A stretch of DNA of 64,000 nt, taken from NCBI GenBank assembly GCA_041486085.1, contig JBGPKU010000008.1, positions 2,806 through 66,805 of the forward strand. The letters are read 5' to 3'. A model generated the notes under the pieces. That model had not been told where the DNA came from and ran no database searches. It saw only the letters and a program-made list of their open reading frames with translations. The position numbers were made by a program, and so were the translations under genes. This DNA comes from Candidatus Limnocylindria bacterium (GTDB taxonomy: Bacteria; Chloroflexota; Limnocylindria; P2-11E). Every line of letters starts with the position of its first letter. Positions within the stretch are counted from its first letter, which is position 1. Shown here piece after piece: positions 40,852 through 48,455 of this stretch.

Positions 40852-41949
40852 CTACTGGCTGGCGATCTTGCGCACCGAGACTCCGAGGGTGCGCATGTCG
40901 TCGCTCACGCCATGATCGTGCGGCGACCAGGTGCGCGCCGGTGCGATCGTCACACGCGCGACCGTGCCGCGAAGCGGCGCTGGGATGTCGACGGACACGT
41001 CGGTGAACTTGCCTGAATCGAGCGTGACTTCGCCGATCGTCGTCGCATCGACCATGAACGTCACGCTCAACGGACCGCCGTTTGGTTCGTCGTGAAGCAG
41101 ATTCGCGTCAATCCGCGACCCAAGGTTCAGCCAGACCGACGCGGGACCGCTGGTCCAGCGGCTCGATTCCTCCGGCGCGTGCCATCCGCCGGGCACGACG
41201 GCGTCGCGGAACGGCCACACCAGGCTCGGCGCGTCGGACGGCGCCCTCGTGCCGACGAACACGAACACGTACGACGCGGCGATCGGCAGTCGCGGACGAA
41301 GCCATCCGTAGACGCGGAGCGCCGCGCCGCGAAAACGTCCGGTGAACGGGCGCGTCGCGTGCGCGAGCGCGCGCGGCGGATTCCAGCCCTCCTCGTGCGT
41401 GAGCGCGAACGATGCGCCGATGAGCGCACGCGCCTCGCCCACCGAGAAGTAGCGCTCCGACTCCTGTCCGTGCCAGAGGCCCTTCCCCTCGATCCAGCCG
41501 CGCGCCACGTCGTACGCGAACCACTGGTTCGGCACGACCACGACCGCGCGGCCGTCGGGCTTCAGGACGCGGCGCATCTCCTCGAGCGCCTTCGGCGGGT
41601 CGAGGAAGTGCTCGAGCGATCCGAGGCACGTGACCACATCGAACGACGCGTCGGGATACGGCAGCGCCTCCGCGTCGCCACGCACGAGCTTCGCGCTGGG
41701 CGCGAAACGCTGCGCGCGATCGATGGCCGCCTGGGCGATGTCGATGCCGTGCGCCTCCAGCCCGGAGCGCTCGGCCTCCATGAGGAGGTAGCCGCCGCCG
41801 CACGCGACGTCGAGCACCGAGTCGCCCGGCTTCGGCTCGGCCAGCGCGAGGCAGCGCGCGTAGTACTCCTGGCTCTCGCGCATGTCGGTGGTCTTCCAGA
41901 TCCGCTCGTAGCCGGCTCGGAGCGCGTCCGGCGTCATCGCAGAGGTCAC
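40852..41949 (-). CDS. Class I SAM-dependent methyltransferase with a beta-rich C-terminal domain of about 150 aa
   Basis: GTG 41949 overlaps the wzt stop (GTGA); ATG 41937 is an alternative. Motif I VLDVACGGGYLL, then ALPYPDASFDVV and LKPDGRAVVVVPN. The C-terminal part reads ...RWTSGPASVWL...DDMRTLGVSVRKI. Confidence 0.8.
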   Translation of the reverse strand: MTSAMTPDALRAGYERIWKTTDMRESQEYYARCLALAEPKPGDSVLDVACGGGYLLMEAERSGLEAHGIDIAQAAIDRAQRFAPSAKLVRGDAEALPYPDASFDVVTCLGSLEHFLDPPKALEEMRRVLKPDGRAVVVVPNQWFAYDVARGWIEGKGLWHGQESERYFSVGEARALIGASFALTHEEGWNPPRALAHATRPFTGRFRGAALRVYGWLRPRLPIAASYVFVFVGTRAPSDAPSLVWPFRDAVVPGGWHAPEESSRWTSGPASVWLNLGSRIDANLLHDEPNGGPLSVTFMVDATTIGEVTLDSGKFTDVSVDIPAPLRGTVARVTIAPARTWSPHDHGVSDDMRTLGVSVRKIASQ

Positions 41950-43181
41950 GAGGCCTCCCAACGGTGGTCGATCCGCGCCGTTCCCATCTCGCCGGGCGTG
42001 CCGGTGACGCGGAACGTGTAGCGCTTCGAATGGTAGTCGTAGGGATGGAGCTCGGGCGACACCACCGCGACGTCGAGCTCGTAGCGGCCGGGCAGGAGAC
42101 CGAGCCGTTCGACGCAGAAGCTCACGCGCCCGGCGGGCTTCGTGCGCACGTTCGTGCTGTCGTTCTTCGTGTTCGTGCCGTACACGGACACTCCGTCGTC
42201 GCGGTAGATCGTCACGCCGAACACCGCGTCGCGCTCGTCGGCGGCGCTGTAGCCGAGCCGGATCTCGAACGGCTCGCCCGATCGCACCACGTGCGTCTCG
42301 TCGCCGCCCGCGTGCAGCGTGACGGTGTCGATCTTCACCTCGCCGCTTCCCCACCGATCGCCCTTCGGTGCGGCGCCGGCGAGCGTGTGCTGCTCCTGCG
42401 CCTCGACGAGCTCGTGATACGCGTCGAGCACGCGGCGGATGTCGCCGTCGACGCGCACCTGGCCCTGGTAGAGCAGCAGGCCGCGGCGGCACAGGCGCTC
42501 GACCGCCGCGAGATCGTGCGAGACGAAGCAGATGGTCTTCTTCTTCGCCCGGAACTCATTCAGCTTCGCGTAGCACTTGCGCTGGAAGTACTCGTCGCCC
42601 ACCGCGAGGATCTCGTCGATGAGCAGGACGTCTGGATCGACGTGCGCGGCGACGGAGAACGCCAGACGCATGTACATGCCCGACGAGTACGTCTTCACCG
42701 GCGCGTCGAAGAAGTCATCGAGCTCGGAGAACGCGATGATCTCCGGGAGCACCCGGTCGGTCTGCTTGCGCGTGAGGCCGAGCAGGGACGCGTTGAGGAA
42801 CACGTTCTCGCGGCCGGTGAAGTCGGGATGGAAACCCGCACCGAGCTCCAGCAGGGCGGAGACGCGACCGGTGACCTCGATCGTGCCGGACGTCGGCCGC
42901 GAGGTGCCGGCCATGAGCTTGAGCAGGGTGGACTTGCCGGACCCGTTCGCGCCGACGATGCCGAAGGTCTCGCCCTGCTCGACCTGGAACGACACGTCCT
43001 TCAGGGCTTCGACGACCTTCGCGGGCGCGTACTGACGCAGCGCCCACTCCTTCAGCGTGCGCTGACGTTCGCGGCGCACGCGGTACGTCTTCGAGACGTG
43101 GTCCGCGCGGATGGCGAGACCCACGCATCGAAGTCTGCCAGACGCGCTACGCCGGCCCTTTTCAGGGCGCCGGCGCGGCAC
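41946..43181 (-). CDS. wzt: Polysaccharide/teichoic-acid-type ABC exporter ATP-binding protein with a C-terminal beta-sandwich extension (Wzt/TagH-like)
   Basis: Walker A GANGSGKST, signature-like YSSGMYMRLAFS, Walker B VLLIDEILAVGD and H-loop FVSHD. About 150 further residues (GSGEVKIDTVTLHAGG...RYELDVAVVSPE...) follow. The start is uncertain (GTG 43181 or GTG 43124). Confidence 0.9.
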   Translation of the reverse strand: MPRRRPEKGRRSASGRLRCVGLAIRADHVSKTYRVRRERQRTLKEWALRQYAPAKVVEALKDVSFQVEQGETFGIVGANGSGKSTLLKLMAGTSRPTSGTIEVTGRVSALLELGAGFHPDFTGRENVFLNASLLGLTRKQTDRVLPEIIAFSELDDFFDAPVKTYSSGMYMRLAFSVAAHVDPDVLLIDEILAVGDEYFQRKCYAKLNEFRAKKKTICFVSHDLAAVERLCRRGLLLYQGQVRVDGDIRRVLDAYHELVEAQEQHTLAGAAPKGDRWGSGEVKIDTVTLHAGGDETHVVRSGEPFEIRLGYSAADERDAVFGVTIYRDDGVSVYGTNTKNDSTNVRTKPAGRVSFCVERLGLLPGRYELDVAVVSPELHPYDYHSKRYTFRVTGTPGEMGTARIDHRWEAS

Positions 43182-43211
43182 GCTTGGTCAGATCAGCTCT
43201 CGGCGCGCGTG

Positions 43212-43364
43212 CTACGTGAGGTTGTTGCCGATGTTGCTGAAGATGTTCTGGATCTGATCGCGGAGGAACACCATTGCCACGATGACCGCGATCGCGATAA
43301 CCGCGATGATGAGTGCGTACTCGACCAATCCCTGGCCCTGTTCGTCGCGAAGAAACTCCACCAT
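43212..43364 (-). CDS. flp: Flp/Fap-family type IVb pilin prepeptide (50 aa; below the ORF-track size cut-off)
   Basis: My own translation is MVEFLRDEQGQGLVEYALIIAVIAIAVIVAMVFLRDQIQNIFSNIGNNLT*. The G/xxxxEY processing motif (GQG-LVEYALI) is followed by a hydrophobic helix. GGGGAG lies 6-7 nt upstream of the ATG. Confidence 0.75.
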   Translation of the reverse strand: MVEFLRDEQGQGLVEYALIIAVIAIAVIVAMVFLRDQIQNIFSNIGNNLT

Positions 43365-43436
43365 GTCACTCCCCACATGCGAGATCTACTCAGGGAACGA
43401 TAGAGCCTCCTGGTTGACCTCCCCTGAACGGGGGAT

Positions 43437-44033
43437 TCACCTCCCGAGACGCCGGCCGAGCTGTGCGACGAGGACCCCAAGGGCAGCACCACCGAGGCAG
43501 TCCGACAGCCAGTGCTCCCCGAGATAGAGGCGGCTCAGGAGCATCAGGGCGACGCCGGCGAGCGCGACCCACGGCGAGATCCCGTCGACGATGCTGAACA
43601 GGAACGTGGCTCGCGCGACGTGGCCGCTCGGGAAGGAGTTCACGAAGTTGACGTGGATGAAGGGCAGAAGGTCGATGGTGTGCGAGCGTTCGCTCGGCGG
43701 TGCCGGATGCGGCACCAGGAGCTTGAGCGCGGTCTCGACGATCACGGTCAGGGCGATGAACAGCGGCACGATCGCGTCACGGCGACCGTGCCGGAGACGC
43801 GCGACGGCGATGCCGAGCGCGATGCCCGCCGTGACCTCCGCGCGCCCGAACAGACCGATGAGCGAGGCGACCAGGTCGAGCCACGGCGTCTGGATGCTCT
43901 GCGCCGCGTCGAGCGCCCATTGGTCGATGCCTATAGCGCTTCCTCGAACTGATCCTTCGTACGGCGGAAGTACCAGAAGCCGATCGCGAAGATCGCCACC
44001 GCGAACACGGCCGAGTACACGAGCCGGTCCCAC
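43437..44033 (-). CDS. PAP2-family (phosphatidic acid / undecaprenyl-PP) phosphatase
   Basis: Motifs KLLVPHPAPP, SFPSGH and SRLYLGEHWLSD (SRx5Hx3D). The only canonical start in frame is GTG 44033, which gives a 103-nt out-of-frame overlap with wzm. Confidence 0.7.
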   Translation of the reverse strand: MGPARVLGRVRGGDLRDRLLVLPPYEGSVRGSAIGIDQWALDAAQSIQTPWLDLVASLIGLFGRAEVTAGIALGIAVARLRHGRRDAIVPLFIALTVIVETALKLLVPHPAPPSERSHTIDLLPFIHVNFVNSFPSGHVARATFLFSIVDGISPWVALAGVALMLLSRLYLGEHWLSDCLGGAALGVLVAQLGRRLGR

Positions 44034-44719
44034 TCGGGCGGCAGCCCGTCGAGCAGCGCGCGCTGGTAGGAGACGACGACCGCGCTCATCGGGTTGAGGT
44101 AGAGCAGCTCACGCTCGGTCGGACGGTTCGCGACGATCTCGACCGAGAAGAGGACCGGTGTGAGGAAGTACCACGCCGTGAGCAGGATCCCGAGGATGTG
44201 CTGCACGTCGCGGAAGAACACGTTCGCGGCCGCGAGCAGGTACGCGAATCCCAGGTTCATGACGATCTGGATGAGCACGAGCAGCGGAAGCGAGATCAGC
44301 CCCTCCGGATGGCGCGGACCGAAGATCGCGAGCACGACGAACAGCACGACCATGGAGAGCAGGAAGTTGGCGAAGCTCGAGAGCACGCTCGCCGCGGGCA
44401 GCAGCTGCAGGGGCAGCCGCACCTTCTTCACGATGGCGCCGTTGGCGATGATCGACGTCGCGCCCTGGCCGAGCGAGTTCGCGAAGAACGTCCACGGCAG
44501 CAGGCCGACGAACAGGAAGACCGCGTAGTTCTGCTCGCCCGTGCCGGTGCGGGGCCGCTGTCCGAGGAGGACACCGAAGAGCAGGTAGAACACCGCGAGC
44601 TGCAGCAGCGGGATCGCGAAGTTCCATCCGAAACCGAGCGCCGATCCTTTGTACCGCGAGCGCAGTTCACGCCACGCGAAGTCCTGAAGCAGCTGGCGAT
44701 GCGTGACGAGCGCACGCAT
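43931..44719 (-). CDS. wzm: ABC-2 type polysaccharide exporter permease (Wzm/TagG-like)
   Basis: MRALVTHRQLLQDFAWRELRSRYKGSALGFGWNF is a typical ABC-2 N-terminus, followed by six hydrophobic helices. The start is placed at ATG 44719 rather than 44812. Confidence 0.85.
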   Translation of the reverse strand: MRALVTHRQLLQDFAWRELRSRYKGSALGFGWNFAIPLLQLAVFYLLFGVLLGQRPRTGTGEQNYAVFLFVGLLPWTFFANSLGQGATSIIANGAIVKKVRLPLQLLPAASVLSSFANFLLSMVVLFVVLAIFGPRHPEGLISLPLLVLIQIVMNLGFAYLLAAANVFFRDVQHILGILLTAWYFLTPVLFSVEIVANRPTERELLYLNPMSAVVVSYQRALLDGLPPEWDRLVYSAVFAVAIFAIGFWYFRRTKDQFEEAL

Positions 44720-44751
44720 GTCGGCGATCACGGCGTGATCGAGTCTAGGCT

Positions 44752-45570
44752 GTGATCGTGCCTCGACCCTCGGCCGTTGGCGACGTTCGTGTGTGGGAGT
44801 GGCCGGGGACATCGCCCGGCGCGCTGCTGCTGCATGGCATCGGCAACTACGGACGCTACTGGGACCTCTTCGCCGATGCGATCGACGGCCGCATGCAGCT
44901 GGTCGCCCCCGACGCGCGCGGCCACGGCGACAGCCTCAAGCCGGCCGACGGCTACGCGCCGCTCGACTTCGTCGCAGACGCTGCAGCGGCGATGGACGCG
45001 ATGCGCATGGAGCGGCCGATCGTCGTCGGGCACTCGATGGGCGGATTTCACGCGACCGCGCTCACGCTGGCCCATCCGGATCGCGTGCGCGGCCTCGTGC
45101 TCGTCGACGTCGGTCCGCGCGTGGAGGAAGCCGGGAGCTCCCGTGCGCGACGGCTCTCGCTCGGTCGGCCCGACCATTTTCCCGACGAGGCGAGCGCGCT
45201 CGCCTATCTGCGCGAGACCTCGCCGGGATACAGCGACGCCGTCTACGCGAATCGCATCGCGTGGGTGTTCCGGCGCGACGAGAGCGGCGGTCTGGAGTGG
45301 CGCTCGTCGAAGGACGCGCTCCGGCGGATCCTCGACGACAGCTCGCGAACGTCGTCGCAAGTCTGGTCGCGCCTCGGTGAGATCAACGTGCCGGTGTTGA
45401 TCGTGCATGGCACACGCTCGCCGTCGTTCAGCGACGCGACCGCTCGGCAGATGCTCAAGACGCTGCCGCAGGCGCGGCTCGTGGAGCTCGACGCCGCGCA
45501 CAACGTGCCGCTGGATCGTCCGCGCGAGCTCGCGGACGCCGTCTTGGCCTTCGCGCGCGAGACCCGCTAG
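44752..45570 (+). CDS. Alpha/beta-fold hydrolase
   Basis: LLLHGIGNYGRYWD (oxyanion region), nucleophile elbow VVGHSMGG, and a C-terminal ...DAAHNVPLD (His). Confidence 0.85.
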   Translation: MIVPRPSAVGDVRVWEWPGTSPGALLLHGIGNYGRYWDLFADAIDGRMQLVAPDARGHGDSLKPADGYAPLDFVADAAAAMDAMRMERPIVVGHSMGGFHATALTLAHPDRVRGLVLVDVGPRVEEAGSSRARRLSLGRPDHFPDEASALAYLRETSPGYSDAVYANRIAWVFRRDESGGLEWRSSKDALRRILDDSSRTSSQVWSRLGEINVPVLIVHGTRSPSFSDATARQMLKTLPQARLVELDAAHNVPLDRPRELADAVLAFARETR

Positions 45571-45701
45571 ACCGCGAGTCGCCGCCTTCGCATCACGACG
45601 CCAAAGCCCGCGGCGAGCGTTGCGACCGCGACGGTGAAGGGCAGCGGCGTGTCGTAGAGCGGAGCTCCCAATGCGATGGCCGCGAGGACGATCAGGTTCA
45701 C
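45567..45701 (-). CDS. Possible 44-codon hydrophobic peptide (or an out-of-frame C-terminal anchor of the upstream gene)
   Basis: GTG 45701 gives VNLIVLAAIALGAPLYDTPLPFTVAVATLAAGFGVVMRRRRLAV*. GAGGG lies just upstream. Its stop overlaps the convergent hydrolase stop. There is no other support. Confidence 0.25.
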   Translation of the reverse strand: MNLIVLAAIALGAPLYDTPLPFTVAVATLAAGFGVVMRRRRLAV

Positions 45702-45736
45702 GCCCTCAGGATGCCTGCGCGTGGTTGAGCGCTGGT

Positions 45737-46384
45737 TCACGGCGTCGGCGATGCGGTCGGCGTTGCGGTCGGAGCGGCCGGCGAGCCCGACGGGTTCCCC
45801 GACGGCGTCGCGGTCGGCGACGGCGAGGGCAGCGGCGGGCAGCCCGTACCACCGGTGACCAGGCCGATGGTCTGCAGGACACCGCGCGCCTCGATCTCGA
45901 CCGAGACGTAGCCGTCGGCGCAGACGAGGATCTTCGACCCGACCTCCGGGTACGGCACGATGACCATGCTCCCGGTCTCGGTGCCGGTGCCCAGCACCTT
46001 GCCACCCTGGCGAGCCTGTGGCAGCTTCACGCCCACCGGCGGGTCGACGTTCCGCTGGTTCACCTGGAGGTTCAGGGTGATCGGCGGCAGCTCGATCGTC
46101 GTGGCCTCCGCCGAGACGCTCTGCTGGCTGTACGAGAACCGCGGGCTCGCCGTGATGCGTGCGCCTCGCGGTAGACCGAGCAGCTCGAAGTGGCCCTGCG
46201 CGTCGCTGACGGTGCGCTTGCTCCCATACACGATCGGCACGTCCGGGACCGGCTCGCGCGTCGACATGTCGATGACCGTTCCGCGCGCGTCCACCCCGTT
46301 GAGCTGCCCGGAGATGAGCGTGCCGAGGAAGAACACCAAAAAGGGCAGGTAGACGAGATAGCGGTGGCGCAGGTATTGGGGCAC
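45737..46384 (-). CDS. Anchored or secreted protein with a carboxypeptidase-regulatory-like beta-sandwich and a Pro/Thr/Ser tail
   Basis: N-terminal anchor YLVYLPFLVFFLGTLISG. GTVIDMSTREPVPDVPIVYGSKRTVSDAQGHFELLGLPRG (CarboxypepD_reg-like pattern). C-terminal PLPSPSPTATPSGNPSGSPAAPTATPTASPTP. Confidence 0.65.
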   Translation of the reverse strand: MPQYLRHRYLVYLPFLVFFLGTLISGQLNGVDARGTVIDMSTREPVPDVPIVYGSKRTVSDAQGHFELLGLPRGARITASPRFSYSQQSVSAEATTIELPPITLNLQVNQRNVDPPVGVKLPQARQGGKVLGTGTETGSMVIVPYPEVGSKILVCADGYVSVEIEARGVLQTIGLVTGGTGCPPLPSPSPTATPSGNPSGSPAAPTATPTASPTP

Positions 46385-46393
46385 AGGAAAAGG

Positions 46394-47347
46394 TTATCGG
46401 CTCGCAGCGCCGGGCGCTCGCGCGATCTCGCGGTCGAGGAACGCCAGAACGTGGGTCATCCACGCCTCGGGCTGCTTTGTGAAGGCCTGGACGTGATCGC
46501 AGCCGGGGACCATCCACAGCTCCGTCTGCGGATTCGCGCTGGCGCTCTTGATGTCGGTGCCGTGGTGCGCGAAGACCGTCCTGTCGTCGACGCACTGGAT
46601 GAAGAGCCATGCACGCTCGGGGTGCGAACGCACAACTTCAACTGGCTTCACCGAGGCGACGTCGAGACCGAAGAAGAGCTTGCCCGCGAGCACGATGCCC
46701 GGCGTGAACCACGACGGGAGGCCGGTGTAGTTCTGGCCGACCTCACTGACGACGGTGTACGCATCGGCGTATGCGGAGTCGGTGACGACGGGGCCGATCG
46801 ACGGATCGAGCGCCACGGTCATGATCGCGCTGCCGCCGCCGAGCGATTCTCCGATCACCGCGACGCGCTGCTTGGGCACTCCCGACTTCGCGGCCGCGAA
46901 GCCGATCGCGGCGACGATGTCGCGCGGCTCGTACTGCCCGAGCGAGTAGCGCTCTCCTTCGCTCTCGCCATGTCCGCGAAGATCGAATAGCAGCACGTCC
47001 CAGCCACGAGCGAGAAGCATCGGCGCGATCTTGTCGGGATGGAACGACGAGGCGATGCGATTCTGCCCACGGCCGTGCACGAAGATGACCGCCTTGGCCG
47101 GCGCCTGGTCACCGCGGGTCTGCCTCGGCGCGGCGAACCACCAGCCCTTCAGGAGCAGGCCGTCGCTGGCGCGGAACGACACATCCTCATGGATCGAAGA
47201 CACGGCTTCCGCCGCGGGAAGCAGGGGCTTGCGCTCGAGCTTGGTGATCCCGTCGGCCACGCGGTAGGAGACGACCCCATAGGCCACTAGGCCCAGTACC
47301 AATGCCGTAGCGGCCAAAATTGGCGCCCAAAGGCGGATCAACCGCAC
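46394..47347 (-). CDS. Membrane-anchored alpha/beta hydrolase (S9/dienelactone-hydrolase-like)
   Basis: N-terminal TM (WAPILAATALVLGLVAYGVV), HGRGQNR, nucleophile elbow IGESLGG, and a C-terminal CDHVQAF (His). Confidence 0.8.
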   Translation of the reverse strand: MRLIRLWAPILAATALVLGLVAYGVVSYRVADGITKLERKPLLPAAEAVSSIHEDVSFRASDGLLLKGWWFAAPRQTRGDQAPAKAVIFVHGRGQNRIASSFHPDKIAPMLLARGWDVLLFDLRGHGESEGERYSLGQYEPRDIVAAIGFAAAKSGVPKQRVAVIGESLGGGSAIMTVALDPSIGPVVTDSAYADAYTVVSEVGQNYTGLPSWFTPGIVLAGKLFFGLDVASVKPVEVVRSHPERAWLFIQCVDDRTVFAHHGTDIKSASANPQTELWMVPGCDHVQAFTKQPEAWMTHVLAFLDREIARAPGAASR

Positions 47348-48361
47348 GTGGGCGAGACTAGCGCGCGATTTCGCCTAACGGCCGGGCGCCGTTCCTCGTT
47401 CGAGCAAGCAGAGTGGAGGTTCCAATTGCTTGAACGACTTCTAGAGCTGATTTTCCATGCGAAATCGGGCGTTTTCGCCGCTGTGTTCCTTCTTGGGACC
47501 ACTGGCGCGCTCGTGACCGCAACGGTCTCGACCTCGAACGGTGTCACCACGATCACGCTCACCGAGACGAGCCCGAGCCCGTCTGTCAGCCCGAGCATCA
47601 GCCCGAGCACGTCGCCGTCACCGAGTGGGACGGCTTCAACCTCGCCCAGCGTTTCACCCTCGACGTCGCCCTCTCCAAGCGGGACCGCATCGACGTCACC
47701 GTCTCCGACTCCAGACAACTGCGCCGCCGAGGCTCACGCCATTAACGCCGCGGTGCAGACCGTCGACCGCGCGTTCTCCGCGGACAAGCACGAGCTCGCC
47801 AGCCTGGAGCGCGGCGTGAAGACCGCTGAGCAGCGCAAGGCATTCAACGACGCCAACAAGCTCCTCGCCTCGATCCGTCAAGCAGCCGTCAAGGCGATCC
47901 ACGCGACACGCACCTGCGCCGACAACAAGCACGATGACGAAGATGTCGACGAGCAGGACAACGACGACAACGACAAGGACAAGCAGAACGAGCAGGACAA
48001 CGACGAGAACGACAACGACGGTGAGCACGGCGACAACCAGAGCAACCACCAGTCGCCCGACCGCCGTGTCGTGGTGGTCGTCGTGACCACCGCGAGCCCG
48101 AGCCCGTCAGCCAGCCCGTCCAACGGCGTGACCTTCAACGGCACGGACCCGAAGGCCATCGCGGATCGGGCCGTCGCGGCGATGACCCTCGTGGTCAACA
48201 CCGCGAAGACCCAGATCCCCGCGGCAGCACTTGCGACACCGAAGGCGACTCCGAAGGTGTCACCGAAGCCGACCCGCTCGCCTGAGCACCAGGTCATGGA
48301 CAGCAACAAGCGGGGCAGCGGCAACAAGGACGACGGCAAGCGCGGCGAGCACGGCGACTAG
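47348..48361 (+). CDS. Low-complexity secreted or anchored protein (Ser/Pro/Thr repeats plus an Asp/Asn/Glu-rich acidic block)
   Basis: Hydrophobic segment VFAAVFLLGTTGALV. SPSPSVSPSISPSTSPSPSGTASTSPSVSPSTSPSPSGTASTSPSPTP. Later DDEDVDEQDNDDNDKDKQNEQDNDENDNDGEHGDNQ. The exact start is uncertain. Confidence 0.6.
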   Translation: MGETSARFRLTAGRRSSFEQAEWRFQLLERLLELIFHAKSGVFAAVFLLGTTGALVTATVSTSNGVTTITLTETSPSPSVSPSISPSTSPSPSGTASTSPSVSPSTSPSPSGTASTSPSPTPDNCAAEAHAINAAVQTVDRAFSADKHELASLERGVKTAEQRKAFNDANKLLASIRQAAVKAIHATRTCADNKHDDEDVDEQDNDDNDKDKQNEQDNDENDNDGEHGDNQSNHQSPDRRVVVVVVTTASPSPSASPSNGVTFNGTDPKAIADRAVAAMTLVVNTAKTQIPAAALATPKATPKVSPKPTRSPEHQVMDSNKRGSGNKDDGKRGEHGD

Positions 48362-48397
48362 CCAAGCACTTTCACCAATCCATCCCCCTGCGTCGAG

Positions 48398-48431
48398 CGG
48401 CCCGCCCCAAAAGGGCGGGCCGTCTCGTTTT
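48398..48431 (+). terminator. Rho-independent terminator between convergent genes
   Basis: CGGCCCGCCC-caaaa-GGGCGGGCCG (10-bp perfect stem) followed by TCTCGTTTT, 37 nt after the 48361 stop. It also lies 25 nt beyond the 48456 stop of the minus-strand operon, where it lacks a U-tract. Confidence 0.75.
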
Positions 48432-48455
48432 GAATGGTGCCGAGACGTGCAGCGC

